Assembly: GCA_002412495.1 (NCBI GenBank)
Contig: DHVE01000053.1
Coordinates: 1,231 to 65,230, forward strand
Length of the DNA: 64,000 nt
Direction: 5' to 3'
From: Betaproteobacteria bacterium UBA5216
GTDB taxonomy: Bacteria > Pseudomonadota > Gammaproteobacteria > Burkholderiales > SG8-41
Shown piece after piece: positions 1 to 9,180 of the stretch (position 1 is its first letter; each line of letters begins with the position of its first letter). Position numbers and translations under genes: made by a program. Under the pieces are notes generated by a model that did no database searches, was not told the DNA's origin, and saw only the letters and a list, made by a program, of their open reading frames with translations.

Positions 1-680
1 TTCCACAGACTGATGCCGGCGCGCGGATCGTAGCCCGCGCGCGCCGCGAGATCGAGTCCCACCAAGTCTGCATCGGTTTCATCGCTGCGTGAATAGCTCA
101 GCGATAACAAATTTGCGCCTGAGCTCACCAGCCCGTCGTACTTGCCGCCGGTCGCGATGGACAGCCCGATGGCACCGGCTTTGGTCAGCGCGTTCTTGCC
201 CGCCTGTTCGCGCGCATGTTCGCGCAACGCATGCGCGATTTCGTGTCCCATCACCATCGCCGCTTCGTCATCCGTCAGTTGCAGTTGCGTCAGAATGCCT
301 GTGTAAAACGCGATCTTGCCGCCCGGCATGCAAAACGCGTTGATCTGATTGGAGCCGATCAGATTGACTTCCCATTTCCAATCCTTGGCGCGCGGATTAA
401 ACCGCGTGGCGTATGGAATGATGCGCCCGGCGATGCCGCGCAATCGTTGCAGTTGCGGATAGTTTTCCGGCGCCAGCGCTTTTTGCGCGGCGGCCTTTTG
501 CGTTAATTGCAAATACTGTTGCGACGCCTGCTTTTCCAGCGACTCGGCCGGAACGAGATTGCGTAGTGCGGACGACTTGCCGACCTTGACACCGTCGTCC
601 TTGTCCACTTTCGCGTTCTGAGCCGCGGCGGCACAGGATGCAAAAATACTCAATAAAAACAAAAACTTATATATTTTCAT
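1..680 (-). CDS. M48 family zinc metallopeptidase, partial (C-terminus lies beyond the window start)
   Basis: Absent from the ORF track because it runs off the edge. Reverse-strand translation from ATG (complement of 678-680) gives MKIYKFLFLLSIFASCAAAAQ (signal peptide), then AMVMGHEIAHALREHA (HExxH zinc motif, complement of about 216-260) and SRSDETDAD. Confidence 0.8.
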   Translation of the reverse strand, partial: MKIYKFLFLLSIFASCAAAAQNAKVDKDDGVKVGKSSALRNLVPAESLEKQASQQYLQLTQKAAAQKALAPENYPQLQRLRGIAGRIIPYATRFNPRAKDWKWEVNLIGSNQINAFCMPGGKIAFYTGILTQLQLTDDEAAMVMGHEIAHALREHAREQAGKNALTKAGAIGLSIATGGKYDGLVSSGANLLSLSYSRSDETDADLVGLDLAARAGYDPRAGISLW

Positions 681-838
681 CCACGCATCCCTGCTGGGTA
701 AGAAGAAACCACTATAACGAGAGCGCCGCATGCCAGTGTACGCGCATGTAGCCATTAATGTAGGGGCTCGCGCAGCACTTCACAAGTGCATCTGTCGCGG
801 CCGACCGGTATGTGGCTAGCGCGACTTGCGCGCTGGCG

Positions 839-1447
839 TTAATCGCGGCACTCGCGCGGAATCGCGCCCTCAGACCAGTCCGCCACCGGCACGATCTTGA
901 CGGCCGTTTTGAAAGGCTTCTGGTTCTTGATACCACGGCCGGTCAACAGATTGACGTCGCAATTGGTGTGCGCCGAGAGATCGAGCGTATCGCGCGAGTT
1001 GTAGGTGTATCCCGCCACGACAAAGGTTTTATCGATATACGCCACCGTCAATTTTCGGCTCCAGCGGCCCCGGCCAATTGCGTCGTTGGCCGAATGGATG
1101 ATTAACGATTTGCGTTCGTTGACCTCAAGTGACGGTTGCGTGCCCCACATTGCGCCGCGCCACGCGATACTGCGTTTTTGCACCGCCAGCCGCAAATCGT
1201 TCGGCTTGTCCGACGCCGACAGATAAATCAGCAAATCCACTTCATCGGATTCTTTGTCGGACGCCAGCAGCAACGCGCGGTCAAACGAGCCGTCGCCGTT
1301 CCAGTCGGCGGTAACCACCGCCAGCACGCGATCGGGGCGCACCGTGAGCTCGGCCGCCCGCGCGCCTGCGGAAAACAAGCCGGCGCAAAACAAAATCCCG
1401 GCCATCACAGCCGGGATTTTTGCGCCGCGCTTCAGCGATGCGGTCAA
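839..1447 (-). CDS. Secreted hypothetical protein with an FG-GAP-like DxNGDG motif
   Basis: 202-aa ORF. N-terminal signal peptide (AGILFCAGLFSAGARAAE). ADWNGDGSFD resembles an FG-GAP/VCBS calcium-binding repeat. Confidence 0.6.
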   Translation of the reverse strand: MTASLKRGAKIPAVMAGILFCAGLFSAGARAAELTVRPDRVLAVVTADWNGDGSFDRALLLASDKESDEVDLLIYLSASDKPNDLRLAVQKRSIAWRGAMWGTQPSLEVNERKSLIIHSANDAIGRGRWSRKLTVAYIDKTFVVAGYTYNSRDTLDLSAHTNCDVNLLTGRGIKNQKPFKTAVKIVPVADWSEGAIPRECRD

Positions 1448-1450
1448 GGC

Positions 1451-2449
1451 TCAGCTCACCGTGCAGCCCGCCACCGTGGCCTTGGGTTTCTCAATGGTTT
1501 CCGGCAACGTCACGCCGTTCTTCACCGCGGTCATCTCGGCCAGAATGGCAATGGCGATTTCCGGCGGTGTCTTGCTGCCGAGTTTCAAACCCACCGGACC
1601 ACGCAGACGCGCGATTTCGCCCTGCGACAAGTCAAAGCCCGCCAACCGCTCGCGCCGCGCGTCGTTGTTCTTTTTCGAGCCGATGGCGCCGACGTAAAAC
1701 GCGGGCGACTTCAGCGCTTCTAGCAGCGCCAGATCGTCTAGCTTCGGATCGTGCGTCAGCGTCACGACGGCGCTGTGTCCGTCCAGATTCAACTCTGTCA
1801 CCACATCGTCGGGCATGCCGCGCTTGATCTCCACGCCGGGCACGTCCCAACCGTCGGTGTATTCCTCGCGCGGATCGCACACGATCACGTTGTAATCGAG
1901 CGCCTGCCCCATCTGCGCCAGATATTTCGACAACTGCCCCGCGCCGATGATCAGCAAGCGCCAACGCGGGCCATGAATTGTCACGAACGACGTGCCGTCA
2001 AATTCAAGCTGATCGGAGTTCATCGCCGGCGTTATCGTGGCGTTGCCGGTTTTCATATCCAGGGTGCGCTTCACCAGCTCGTGGCGCTCCACATGCGCGA
2101 GCAGCTTGTCGATACCGCTCTCCGCCGTCAGCGGCTCCAGCACCAGTTCTAGCGTGCCGCCGCACGGCAAGCCAAAACGCGTGGCTTCTTCCGCCGACAC
2201 GCCATACTGCGTGGTCGCGGGTTTGTCCTGCACCAGTTCGCGATTACGCACGCGCAGAATCATGTCGTCTTCAACACAGCCACCCGACACCGAACCAACC
2301 ACCATGCCATCATCGCGTATCGCGGTCAGCGCGCCGATCGGACGCGGCGCCGATCCCCAGGTTTTCACCACCGTCGCCAGCACCACGCGGCGGCCGTCTT
2401 TCACCCACGCGCTGGCCGACTTGAGCACTTGCAGGTCTACACTGTCCAT
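1451..2449 (-). CDS. XdhC/CoxI family molybdenum-hydroxylase maturation protein
   Basis: 332 aa. N-terminal XdhC_CoxI-like region (ATVVKTWGSAPRPIGA...GSVSGGCVEDD) and a C-terminal Rossmann-like region (LLIIGAGQLS). Confidence 0.8.
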   Translation of the reverse strand: MDSVDLQVLKSASAWVKDGRRVVLATVVKTWGSAPRPIGALTAIRDDGMVVGSVSGGCVEDDMILRVRNRELVQDKPATTQYGVSAEEATRFGLPCGGTLELVLEPLTAESGIDKLLAHVERHELVKRTLDMKTGNATITPAMNSDQLEFDGTSFVTIHGPRWRLLIIGAGQLSKYLAQMGQALDYNVIVCDPREEYTDGWDVPGVEIKRGMPDDVVTELNLDGHSAVVTLTHDPKLDDLALLEALKSPAFYVGAIGSKKNNDARRERLAGFDLSQGEIARLRGPVGLKLGSKTPPEIAIAILAEMTAVKNGVTLPETIEKPKATVAGCTVS

Positions 2450-2520
2450 AAAAACTCCTTTTACAACATGGGCTTATGTCAATTGACGTGCGTCCATTAT
2501 ACCGGACACCCGACGCAATA

Positions 2521-3531
2521 TCACGTGCCGCCGGTTGCAGCAATGATTTTGCGCCACCGTTCGTAATCACTCTTTATTCGTTCCGCAAATTCGGTGGGAG
2601 TCGAGGGCGCAGGATTCAATCCCTGCGCACGAGCGCCGCGCGCCACTTCCGCATCCTCGAGTGCCTCACGCAGCACACTGTTTAATCGCGCCACGATCGG
2701 CGCTGGCGTGCCGGTCGGCGCGAGCAGGCCAAACCAGAACGACGCATCGTAGTTTTTCACCCCCGCCTCGTGCATCGAGGGCACATCGGGCAGACTGGGA
2801 TCACGGTTCAAACTGGTCACGGCCAGAATGCGCACGCGGTTGCGCATGGTGCCGGCGGATGTCGAACTTAAAAACGCGGCCGGAATTTCTCCGCCGATGA
2901 TCGCTGTCAGAATATCGGTGCCACCCTTGTATGGCACAACGCTCAAGGCAACGCCCGCCATGTTTTGCAGCATCTGCGCCGACAGGTGTCCGGCCGAACC
3001 AATGCCCTGCGTGCCGTATTGCAATTGCCCGGCCTTTCCTTTTTCTTTTTCCTTCTCTTTCGCCAGCGCGATGAATTGCGCGACCGATGTCACGGCGGAA
3101 TCCTGACGCACGATCAGCGCGTTGCAAAACGTGAACGCACGGCCAATAGGGGTGAATGCAGTGTCGGCGTTGTACGGCAGATTTTTTTCAAGAATGCGGT
3201 TGATGGTCAGCGCGCCGGGGCTGGACCACAACAGCGTGTAACCATCGGCCGGCGCCTGCGCGGCAATCTGCCCTGCCACGCTACCCGCCGCGCCGCCGCG
3301 ATTTTCAACCACCAGCGTGACCCCGAGCGACTTGCCCATGTGGGTGGCAATCGGACGCGCCGAGGCATCCGCAACGCCACCGGCTGGAAAACCAACGACG
3401 AGGCGGATGGGCTTGCGCGGATAGTATTGTACGGCCTGCACCGGTTGCGCGTGCAGGGGCATGGCGGCGAGAGCAACCACCATTCCCATCAGCAATACAC
3501 ACTTACATCCCAAGTGGTTGTTTTTATGCAT
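2521..3531 (-). CDS. Bug family (TctC-like) tripartite tricarboxylate transporter substrate-binding protein
   Basis: 336 aa. Signal peptide followed by the YPRKPIRLVVGFPAGG family signature, then ENRGGAAG and PADGYTLL blocks shared with 11 paralogs in the window. Carries an extra KEKEKEKGK insertion. Confidence 0.85.
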   Translation of the reverse strand: MHKNNHLGCKCVLLMGMVVALAAMPLHAQPVQAVQYYPRKPIRLVVGFPAGGVADASARPIATHMGKSLGVTLVVENRGGAAGSVAGQIAAQAPADGYTLLWSSPGALTINRILEKNLPYNADTAFTPIGRAFTFCNALIVRQDSAVTSVAQFIALAKEKEKEKGKAGQLQYGTQGIGSAGHLSAQMLQNMAGVALSVVPYKGGTDILTAIIGGEIPAAFLSSTSAGTMRNRVRILAVTSLNRDPSLPDVPSMHEAGVKNYDASFWFGLLAPTGTPAPIVARLNSVLREALEDAEVARGARAQGLNPAPSTPTEFAERIKSDYERWRKIIAATGGT

Positions 3532-3533
3532 AT

Positions 3534-4520
3534 TTATACGGCTTGAACATTGCTCGCATTACGTTCCGGCGCAAGGATGCGGATTGGCTTGCCGGCGAGA
3601 AACGCTTCGATGTTTTCCACCACGTCGTGATACGCGACTTCAAAAAACTCCTGCACATTGTGCCCCTGATGTGGCATCAGCACCGCGTTGGGCAGCGTGC
3701 GCAAGGGGCTGTCATCCGCAAGCGGCTCGTGCGTAAACACATCGAGCCCCGCACCCGCTATACGCTTTTCACGCAGTGCGTCTATCAACGCGGCCTCATC
3801 CACAATCGGGCCGCGCGCGGTATTGACCAAAATCGCTGACGGTTTCATCAGCGCCAGTTCACGCGCGCCCACCAAGCCGCGCGTGCGCTCACCCAGCACC
3901 AGATGCACGCTGAGCACGTCACTCTGTGCGAACAATTCATTTTTCTCCACGCGCCGCACGCCGTTCTCGCCCGCGAATTCCGCCGTGAGATTCCGGCTCC
4001 ACGCAATCACTTCCATGCCGAATGCCTTCGCCACCGGTACCATGTAACGCCCTTGCCGTCCCAGCCCGAGCAGTCCCAGCGTGCGTCCAAAGAGCGTGAA
4101 GCCGGCGGTGTTCTGCCATCCACCGCGGCGCATTGCATTCGCCTCAAAGGGAATGTGCCGCGCCACCGCCAGCATCAGTCCCCACGCCAGTTCGGAAGTG
4201 GCCTTGCGATACGAACCGCGCAATTCGGTATAAGACACCACAATGCCACGCTCGGTCGCCGCCGCCGCATCGAGCGTGCGGTTATACAACCCGGTGATGG
4301 CGATCATTTTCAGATTCGGCAGTTGAGTGATCAGCTCGCGAGAAATCGGCATGCGCTCGCGCAGCGTGCAGATAATGTCAAAGGGCTTGAGTGTTGCCGC
4401 CGCGTCTTCGGGCGCGATTGCTTTATCAAACACCGTGATGTCACAGGTTTTGGCAATACCCGACCAATCGGCGGAAACCTGCGAGCGGCGCAGATAGTCG
4501 TTCAGGATGGCGATTTTCAT
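3534..4520 (-). CDS. D-isomer-specific 2-hydroxyacid dehydrogenase family protein
   Basis: NAD-binding GLLGLGRQG motif and the SVHLVL...LVNTARGPIVDE block. The track ORF starts at a GTG at 4538, inside the upstream gene. I prefer the ATG at 4520 (MKIAILNDY), 8 nt after the thpR stop. The start remains uncertain. Confidence 0.8.
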   Translation of the reverse strand: MKIAILNDYLRRSQVSADWSGIAKTCDITVFDKAIAPEDAAATLKPFDIICTLRERMPISRELITQLPNLKMIAITGLYNRTLDAAAATERGIVVSYTELRGSYRKATSELAWGLMLAVARHIPFEANAMRRGGWQNTAGFTLFGRTLGLLGLGRQGRYMVPVAKAFGMEVIAWSRNLTAEFAGENGVRRVEKNELFAQSDVLSVHLVLGERTRGLVGARELALMKPSAILVNTARGPIVDEAALIDALREKRIAGAGLDVFTHEPLADDSPLRTLPNAVLMPHQGHNVQEFFEVAYHDVVENIEAFLAGKPIRILAPERNASNVQAV

Positions 4521-4527
4521 GAACTGA

Positions 4528-5139
4528 TTATAGGGCACGATCCGCTCGCAACGGAAAACGCGCCAATACCGTGTAAACCGCGCCGCGCGGCGTCAGTTCG
4601 CTTTTCATCAGGGTCACGTCACGCACGGCAAAACTGCCCGCCGCGAATTCATCACCGCGCGCAACGATTTCCGCCAGCCCTGCAAGGACGGCTGGCGTTT
4701 TCAAGCGTGCCACGGTCAGGTGTGGGCGAAATAGGCGCTTCTCGATGGCAAAGCCGCCGCCCGCCAGCCCCTCATCGATATCGCGTTGCAGCCGAGTCAG
4801 CGGCGCGATGTCGCCGTGCAGTCCCAGCCAGATCACGCGCGGCTGATTGGCGCCGGGAAAGACGCCGAGCCGGCGCACGGCCAATGCAAACGGCGCGGTA
4901 CGCGCACTGATTTTATCCATCGTCGCGCGAACGTCGGCTACCTCGCGCTCGGAGATCGCGCCAAGAAATTTGAGCGTCAGGTGCACATCGCGCGGATTCA
5001 CCCAGCGCACGCCGCTACGCCACTGCTGTTTCAGGCGTTTTTGCACCACGCCGATTTGTTCGCAAACCGCCGGTGGCGGGACCAGCACGAGAAAGGCGCG
5101 GACAGACGGTGAAGTGGTCACGGCAGCGGACGCACACAA
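4528..5139 (-). CDS. thpR: RNA 2',3'-cyclic phosphodiesterase (2H phosphoesterase, ThpR/LigT)
   Basis: 203 aa with the two HxT/S motifs of the 2H family (VHLTLKFLG and PHLTVARL). The exact start is uncertain. Confidence 0.8.
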   Translation of the reverse strand: MCASAAVTTSPSVRAFLVLVPPPAVCEQIGVVQKRLKQQWRSGVRWVNPRDVHLTLKFLGAISEREVADVRATMDKISARTAPFALAVRRLGVFPGANQPRVIWLGLHGDIAPLTRLQRDIDEGLAGGGFAIEKRLFRPHLTVARLKTPAVLAGLAEIVARGDEFAAGSFAVRDVTLMKSELTPRGAVYTVLARFPLRADRAL

Positions 5140-5218
5140 TCACAACGCACGGTAGGAACTCGCCTGCGCCTGAGCAACTTTTAATAGAAAGAATTTCCGA
5201 AGGGGACGCGCCCGCACA

Positions 5219-5941
5219 TCACCGCGGGGTTTCCACATCCCAGCCGCTCACCGACCACAAATGCGGTCGTTCGGCGCCGCGATAAATGAATTTCAGCCCG
5301 CCACCGGTTGGTTCGGTTTCGATCACCTGCCCTTTTTGCGTGCCCGGCACGGCAACGCCATGGCGATACAGGCGGCCGATACGGCCCTCGCTGCGCGTTC
5401 CGCCGTGGAGTATTTCGCTGCACAGCACGTATTCCCCCTGCACGGTCACGCGACCACAGCCGCGCGTGTCAAATGGCGGCATCCGCAACAAGCGCTCAAC
5501 CTCGTTGATCGTCAGCGACTGCTTCACACTGGCATCATTGGCCGCATGTGTAAAACGCGATCCCGAACCGAGCAGATAGAGCTCCAGCACGTGATGCGTA
5601 CGGGCAGCGCCGTCCGGTTTTCGCAACAACAGTAGTGCGCGCTCTCCGCTTGAAGCACGCTTGCCCAGCCGCTGCCATACCGTATCATCCACGTCGAGGA
5701 TTTGCGGCTCGCGAAAATTCAGCGTTACCGCGTTGCCCTTGAGCACGCGCTCCAGCCGGTAGCTCACGCGATCGGAACTGCGCAATGCCACGGTCAGCAC
5801 CACGTGATCCGCCGCCCACAACTGATATTCGAACGGTGGTTGAGCGCCCGCGGGCGTCTGCGCGGCAGAAACAACGGTTTGCATTCCGATCAATGCCAAC
5901 AATGGCGCCATGAATTTCATTTTCGACATAGGGTTTTCCAC
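5219..5941 (-). CDS. Secreted hypothetical protein
   Basis: 240-aa ORF with a signal peptide (MKFMAPLLALIGMQTVVSAAQ). No family recognised. Confidence 0.55.
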   Translation of the reverse strand: MENPMSKMKFMAPLLALIGMQTVVSAAQTPAGAQPPFEYQLWAADHVVLTVALRSSDRVSYRLERVLKGNAVTLNFREPQILDVDDTVWQRLGKRASSGERALLLLRKPDGAARTHHVLELYLLGSGSRFTHAANDASVKQSLTINEVERLLRMPPFDTRGCGRVTVQGEYVLCSEILHGGTRSEGRIGRLYRHGVAVPGTQKGQVIETEPTGGGLKFIYRGAERPHLWSVSGWDVETPR

Positions 5942-6268
5942 TACGCTGATTCTCTTGAGCTTTTCAATATAAACACTCGTACACTACGCCAATTGCGGCA
6001 AAGTGGAAATCCACCATGGTCACCGTCGCCACTAGCACGGTCAACGTGAACCGGATCCGCACGTTTTAGAGGAACATGCAGTGAGAACAAGCATGATAAT
6101 CCGTCCCAATCAGGAACATCACGCCATGAAATACGTCGAAATCGCACTGATCGGGGCCCCCGCCGGGCGTATCGCCTGGGCTCCGCATCCCGGTAAAGGC
6201 AAGCTGGGCTTTGGCATGACGGCAGTTCCGGCCGCCGCTAGTTCATTCAAACCGACCTGATCCGCCGC

Positions 6269-6802
6269 ATGGCACGCGCCATTCCCACCACGGCACCAGC
6301 CAGCGGCGCGCTCGGGGGCGAGCTACTGGTGCTGCCACGCAATCAAACGGAACTCGACGAGGCGATCCGGCGCTCCCAATCGATTGTCACGCGGCGCGCG
6401 GCGCTCGCCTCCGCCGCGTCACTGGTACCAATCCCGGGATTGGATATTGCCGTGGACATTGCCGCTGTGATGAAGCTGATCCCCGCGATTAACCGTGAAT
6501 TCGGGCTCACGCCGGAACAGATTGAGCGGCTCAGTCCAGGCCGCCAATTGCTGGTCTACAAATCGATGGTTGCCATCGGCGGTCTGCTGATCGGCAAATT
6601 GGTGACCAAGGAAATCGCCATCGAGGTACTGAAAACCGTCGGCGTGCGCATCAGCGCCAGACAGGTGGGCAAGTACGTGCCGGTGGTCGGTCAAGCACTC
6701 TCGGTGTCACTCGGCTTTGCGGCCATGAAGTACGTTGGTCATCAACACATCAAGGATTGCCGGCGCGTGGTCGAATTCACCATGGTGAACACGAAACGCT
6801 AA
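6269..6802 (+). CDS. DUF697-like membrane-associated hypothetical protein
   Basis: 177 aa. LVPIPGLDIAVDIAAVMKLIPAINREFGL resembles the YcjF/DUF697 core, with hydrophobic C-terminal segments. Confidence 0.55.
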   Translation: MARAIPTTAPASGALGGELLVLPRNQTELDEAIRRSQSIVTRRAALASAASLVPIPGLDIAVDIAAVMKLIPAINREFGLTPEQIERLSPGRQLLVYKSMVAIGGLLIGKLVTKEIAIEVLKTVGVRISARQVGKYVPVVGQALSVSLGFAAMKYVGHQHIKDCRRVVEFTMVNTKR

Positions 6803-6840
6803 CGTTACTGGGATCCGCGCAGCCCTGATATCATAGAGGC

Positions 6841-8157
6841 ATGGTTGCCTCACTTTTTAATCGTCTGGTGCGAAAAGTCGTCCCGCCTGCCAGCGAGGCC
6901 GCGCGCGCGGGACGTCACGCGCGCCGCGCCATCGATGCGTGGCGCGAGTTACTGTCAAATCGCGGCGAGGTCTCTGGCGCCGCCGTGGCGCACGAAGCGC
7001 TGAATGCCTATCACGAGTTGCCGCTTTCCGCGCGTCCGGCGTTTTTCTCGTTGATCGCCAGCACGTTTGCGCCCGACCCGGCCGCCTTGCGCGAAGCCTG
7101 CGAAGCCTATATCGCCGATGCGTCGCTGCCGCGGCTCACGCGATTGCAGGAAATCGCAGCCTCTCCCTTGCAGAAATTGTGTCAGCGTCTGAATCAAACG
7201 CCCGGCGGCACGGCGGCGCTGATCGACGTGCGCAAACATGTCCTCGCGGGACTGGCCGATCATCCCGACTGGAAAATGATTGATGCGGTGCTGGGGCGGC
7301 TGTTCAACTCCTGGTTCAATCGTGGATTTTTGACGTTACAGCGCATCGACTGGCATACCCCGGCGTTCGTGCTTGAAAAGCTCATTGAGTACGAAGCCGT
7401 ACACGAAATTTCCGGCTGGCGCGATCTGCGCCGGCGTTTGCAGAATGACCGCCGGTGCTTCGCGTTTTTCCATCCGGCATTGCCCGACGAACCCTTGATC
7501 TTCATCGAAGTCGCGCTGGTCAAGGGTATCAGCAGCGCCATTCAACCACTGCTCGCGCTCGACGCGCCGGTGACCGCGCCGGAAAAGGCCGACACCGCCG
7601 TTTTCTACTCGATTACCAACTGCCAGCCCGGCCTCCGCGGCGTGTCGTTCGGCAATCTGCTGATTAAACAAGTGGCGCAAAAACTCGGCGAGGAATTTCC
7701 GCGCATCAGAACCTTCACCACGCTGTCGCCCATCCCCGGTTTTACTGCTTGGCTCGCGCGCAATATCAACGATATTCAGGATCAACCAACGCTCGACGCC
7801 ATCAAGGCGCTGAACACGCCAGATTGGCCGCAGCAGCCCGCCTTGGCCGCATCGATGAAAGCCGTACTGGTGCCGTTATGTGCGCATTACCTGATCAATG
7901 CCATGCGCGACGGCGAGCCCGCGGATCCGGTGGCCCGGTTTCACCTGGGCAACGGCGCTCGCGCTGAACGGCTGAACTGGGTCGCCGATACGTCGCCGCG
8001 CGGACTGAAAAACTGCGCCGGCATGATGGTCAACTATGTCTACCATCTTGACCAGATCGAAAACAATCACGAGGTATATGTACGAGAGCATCGCGTCGCC
8101 GCCACGCATGAACTGCGCCGTCTGGCGCGGCACTGTGTGCTCGCGGCACGCACATAA
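6841..8157 (+). CDS. Malonyl-CoA decarboxylase
   Basis: 438 aa. The FYSITNCQPGLRGVSFGNLLIKQV block is characteristic of the MCD family, and the length is typical. Confidence 0.8.
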   Translation: MVASLFNRLVRKVVPPASEAARAGRHARRAIDAWRELLSNRGEVSGAAVAHEALNAYHELPLSARPAFFSLIASTFAPDPAALREACEAYIADASLPRLTRLQEIAASPLQKLCQRLNQTPGGTAALIDVRKHVLAGLADHPDWKMIDAVLGRLFNSWFNRGFLTLQRIDWHTPAFVLEKLIEYEAVHEISGWRDLRRRLQNDRRCFAFFHPALPDEPLIFIEVALVKGISSAIQPLLALDAPVTAPEKADTAVFYSITNCQPGLRGVSFGNLLIKQVAQKLGEEFPRIRTFTTLSPIPGFTAWLARNINDIQDQPTLDAIKALNTPDWPQQPALAASMKAVLVPLCAHYLINAMRDGEPADPVARFHLGNGARAERLNWVADTSPRGLKNCAGMMVNYVYHLDQIENNHEVYVREHRVAATHELRRLARHCVLAART

Positions 8158-8186
8158 TCCGCAATACAAAATAACGGAGCATCAAA

Positions 8187-8633
8187 ATGGAAATGACCGG
8201 CGAACAACTCATCCCGCAATCACAGGATGTCACCTGGAAGGCGCTTAACAACACCGAAATTTTGAAAGCCTGTATTCCCGGCTGCGAATCCATTGAGCAG
8301 ACCGGCGATAACGAATATCAACTGGTTATGATCGCCAAGGTCGGACCGGTAAGCGCCAAATTCAAAGGCAAGATGACGCTGTCGGACATCGTTGCGCCGA
8401 CATCCTACAAGCTGGCATTCGAGGGGCAAGGCGGCGTCGCCGGCTTTGCCAAGGGCGAGGCCACCGTGCATTTATCACCGCAGGATGGCGGCACGAAGCT
8501 CGCCTACGCCGCCAATGCCATGATCGGCGGCAAACTCGCGCAAGTCGGTTCACGGCTGATTGATGGCGTGGCAAAAAAAATCGCCGGTGAATTTTTTTCC
8601 GCGTTTAATGCGCGGGTCAGCAGTGGGAAATAG
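8187..8633 (+). CDS. CoxG family SRPBCC protein (carbon monoxide dehydrogenase subunit G-like)
   Basis: 148 aa. The CoxG-like N-terminus (IPQSQDVTWKALNNTEILKACIPGCES...VGPVSAKFKG) lies directly upstream of the hydroxylase subunits. Confidence 0.75.
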   Translation: MEMTGEQLIPQSQDVTWKALNNTEILKACIPGCESIEQTGDNEYQLVMIAKVGPVSAKFKGKMTLSDIVAPTSYKLAFEGQGGVAGFAKGEATVHLSPQDGGTKLAYAANAMIGGKLAQVGSRLIDGVAKKIAGEFFSAFNARVSSGK

Positions 8634-8689
8634 CGGGAAACACGCATCTGCTATTAAGGTGCTTATTGTAACGCCTTCAAGGAGGCATC

Positions 8690-9160
8690 ATGGCCGAAAA
8701 ATTCAGCTTCGTGGTTGATGGTAAATCTGTTGCAGTGGAAGCCGATTCCGCGATGCCGCTGTTGTACGCATTGCGTTCGGAACTGGGGCTGAATAATCCC
8801 AAGTTTGGTTGCGGCAAGGCACAGTGCGGCGCCTGCACCGTGCAGGTCGCTGGCGTGCCAATGCGCTCGTGCGTTACGCCGGTGAGTCTGATCCAGGGCA
8901 AGCGCGTCACCACGCTGGCCGGGCTGGGCACGGCCGACAAACCGCATCCGCTGCAACAGGCTTATATCGACGAAGGCGTGCCGCAGTGCGGCTACTGTCT
9001 GTCGGGCTGGCTGATGACGGCCTCGGCGTTTCTGAAAAATAATCCCAAGCCCAGCGACGCGCAGATTCGCCAGGCGATGACCGGTGTCAAATGCCGGTGC
9101 GGCACGCATATGGCGATCATGCGCGCCATCAAGCGGGCCGCTCAAACGATGAACGCTTGA
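8690..9160 (+). CDS. (2Fe-2S)-binding small subunit of a molybdenum hydroxylase (IorA-like)
   Basis: 156 aa with both cluster motifs: FGCGKAQCGACTV and QCGYCLSG. Confidence 0.9.
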   Translation: MAEKFSFVVDGKSVAVEADSAMPLLYALRSELGLNNPKFGCGKAQCGACTVQVAGVPMRSCVTPVSLIQGKRVTTLAGLGTADKPHPLQQAYIDEGVPQCGYCLSGWLMTASAFLKNNPKPSDAQIRQAMTGVKCRCGTHMAIMRAIKRAAQTMNA

Positions 9161-9180
9161 TGAACATCGGGGAGAAAACC

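Noticed and set aside
6126-6260. A 44-aa ORF (MKYVEIALIGAPAGRIAWAPHPGKGKLGFGMTAVPAAASSFKPT) upstream of the DUF697-like gene.
   Set aside because: It has no convincing RBS and no recognisable motif, and it is below the track's size cutoff. It could be real, but nothing supports it.
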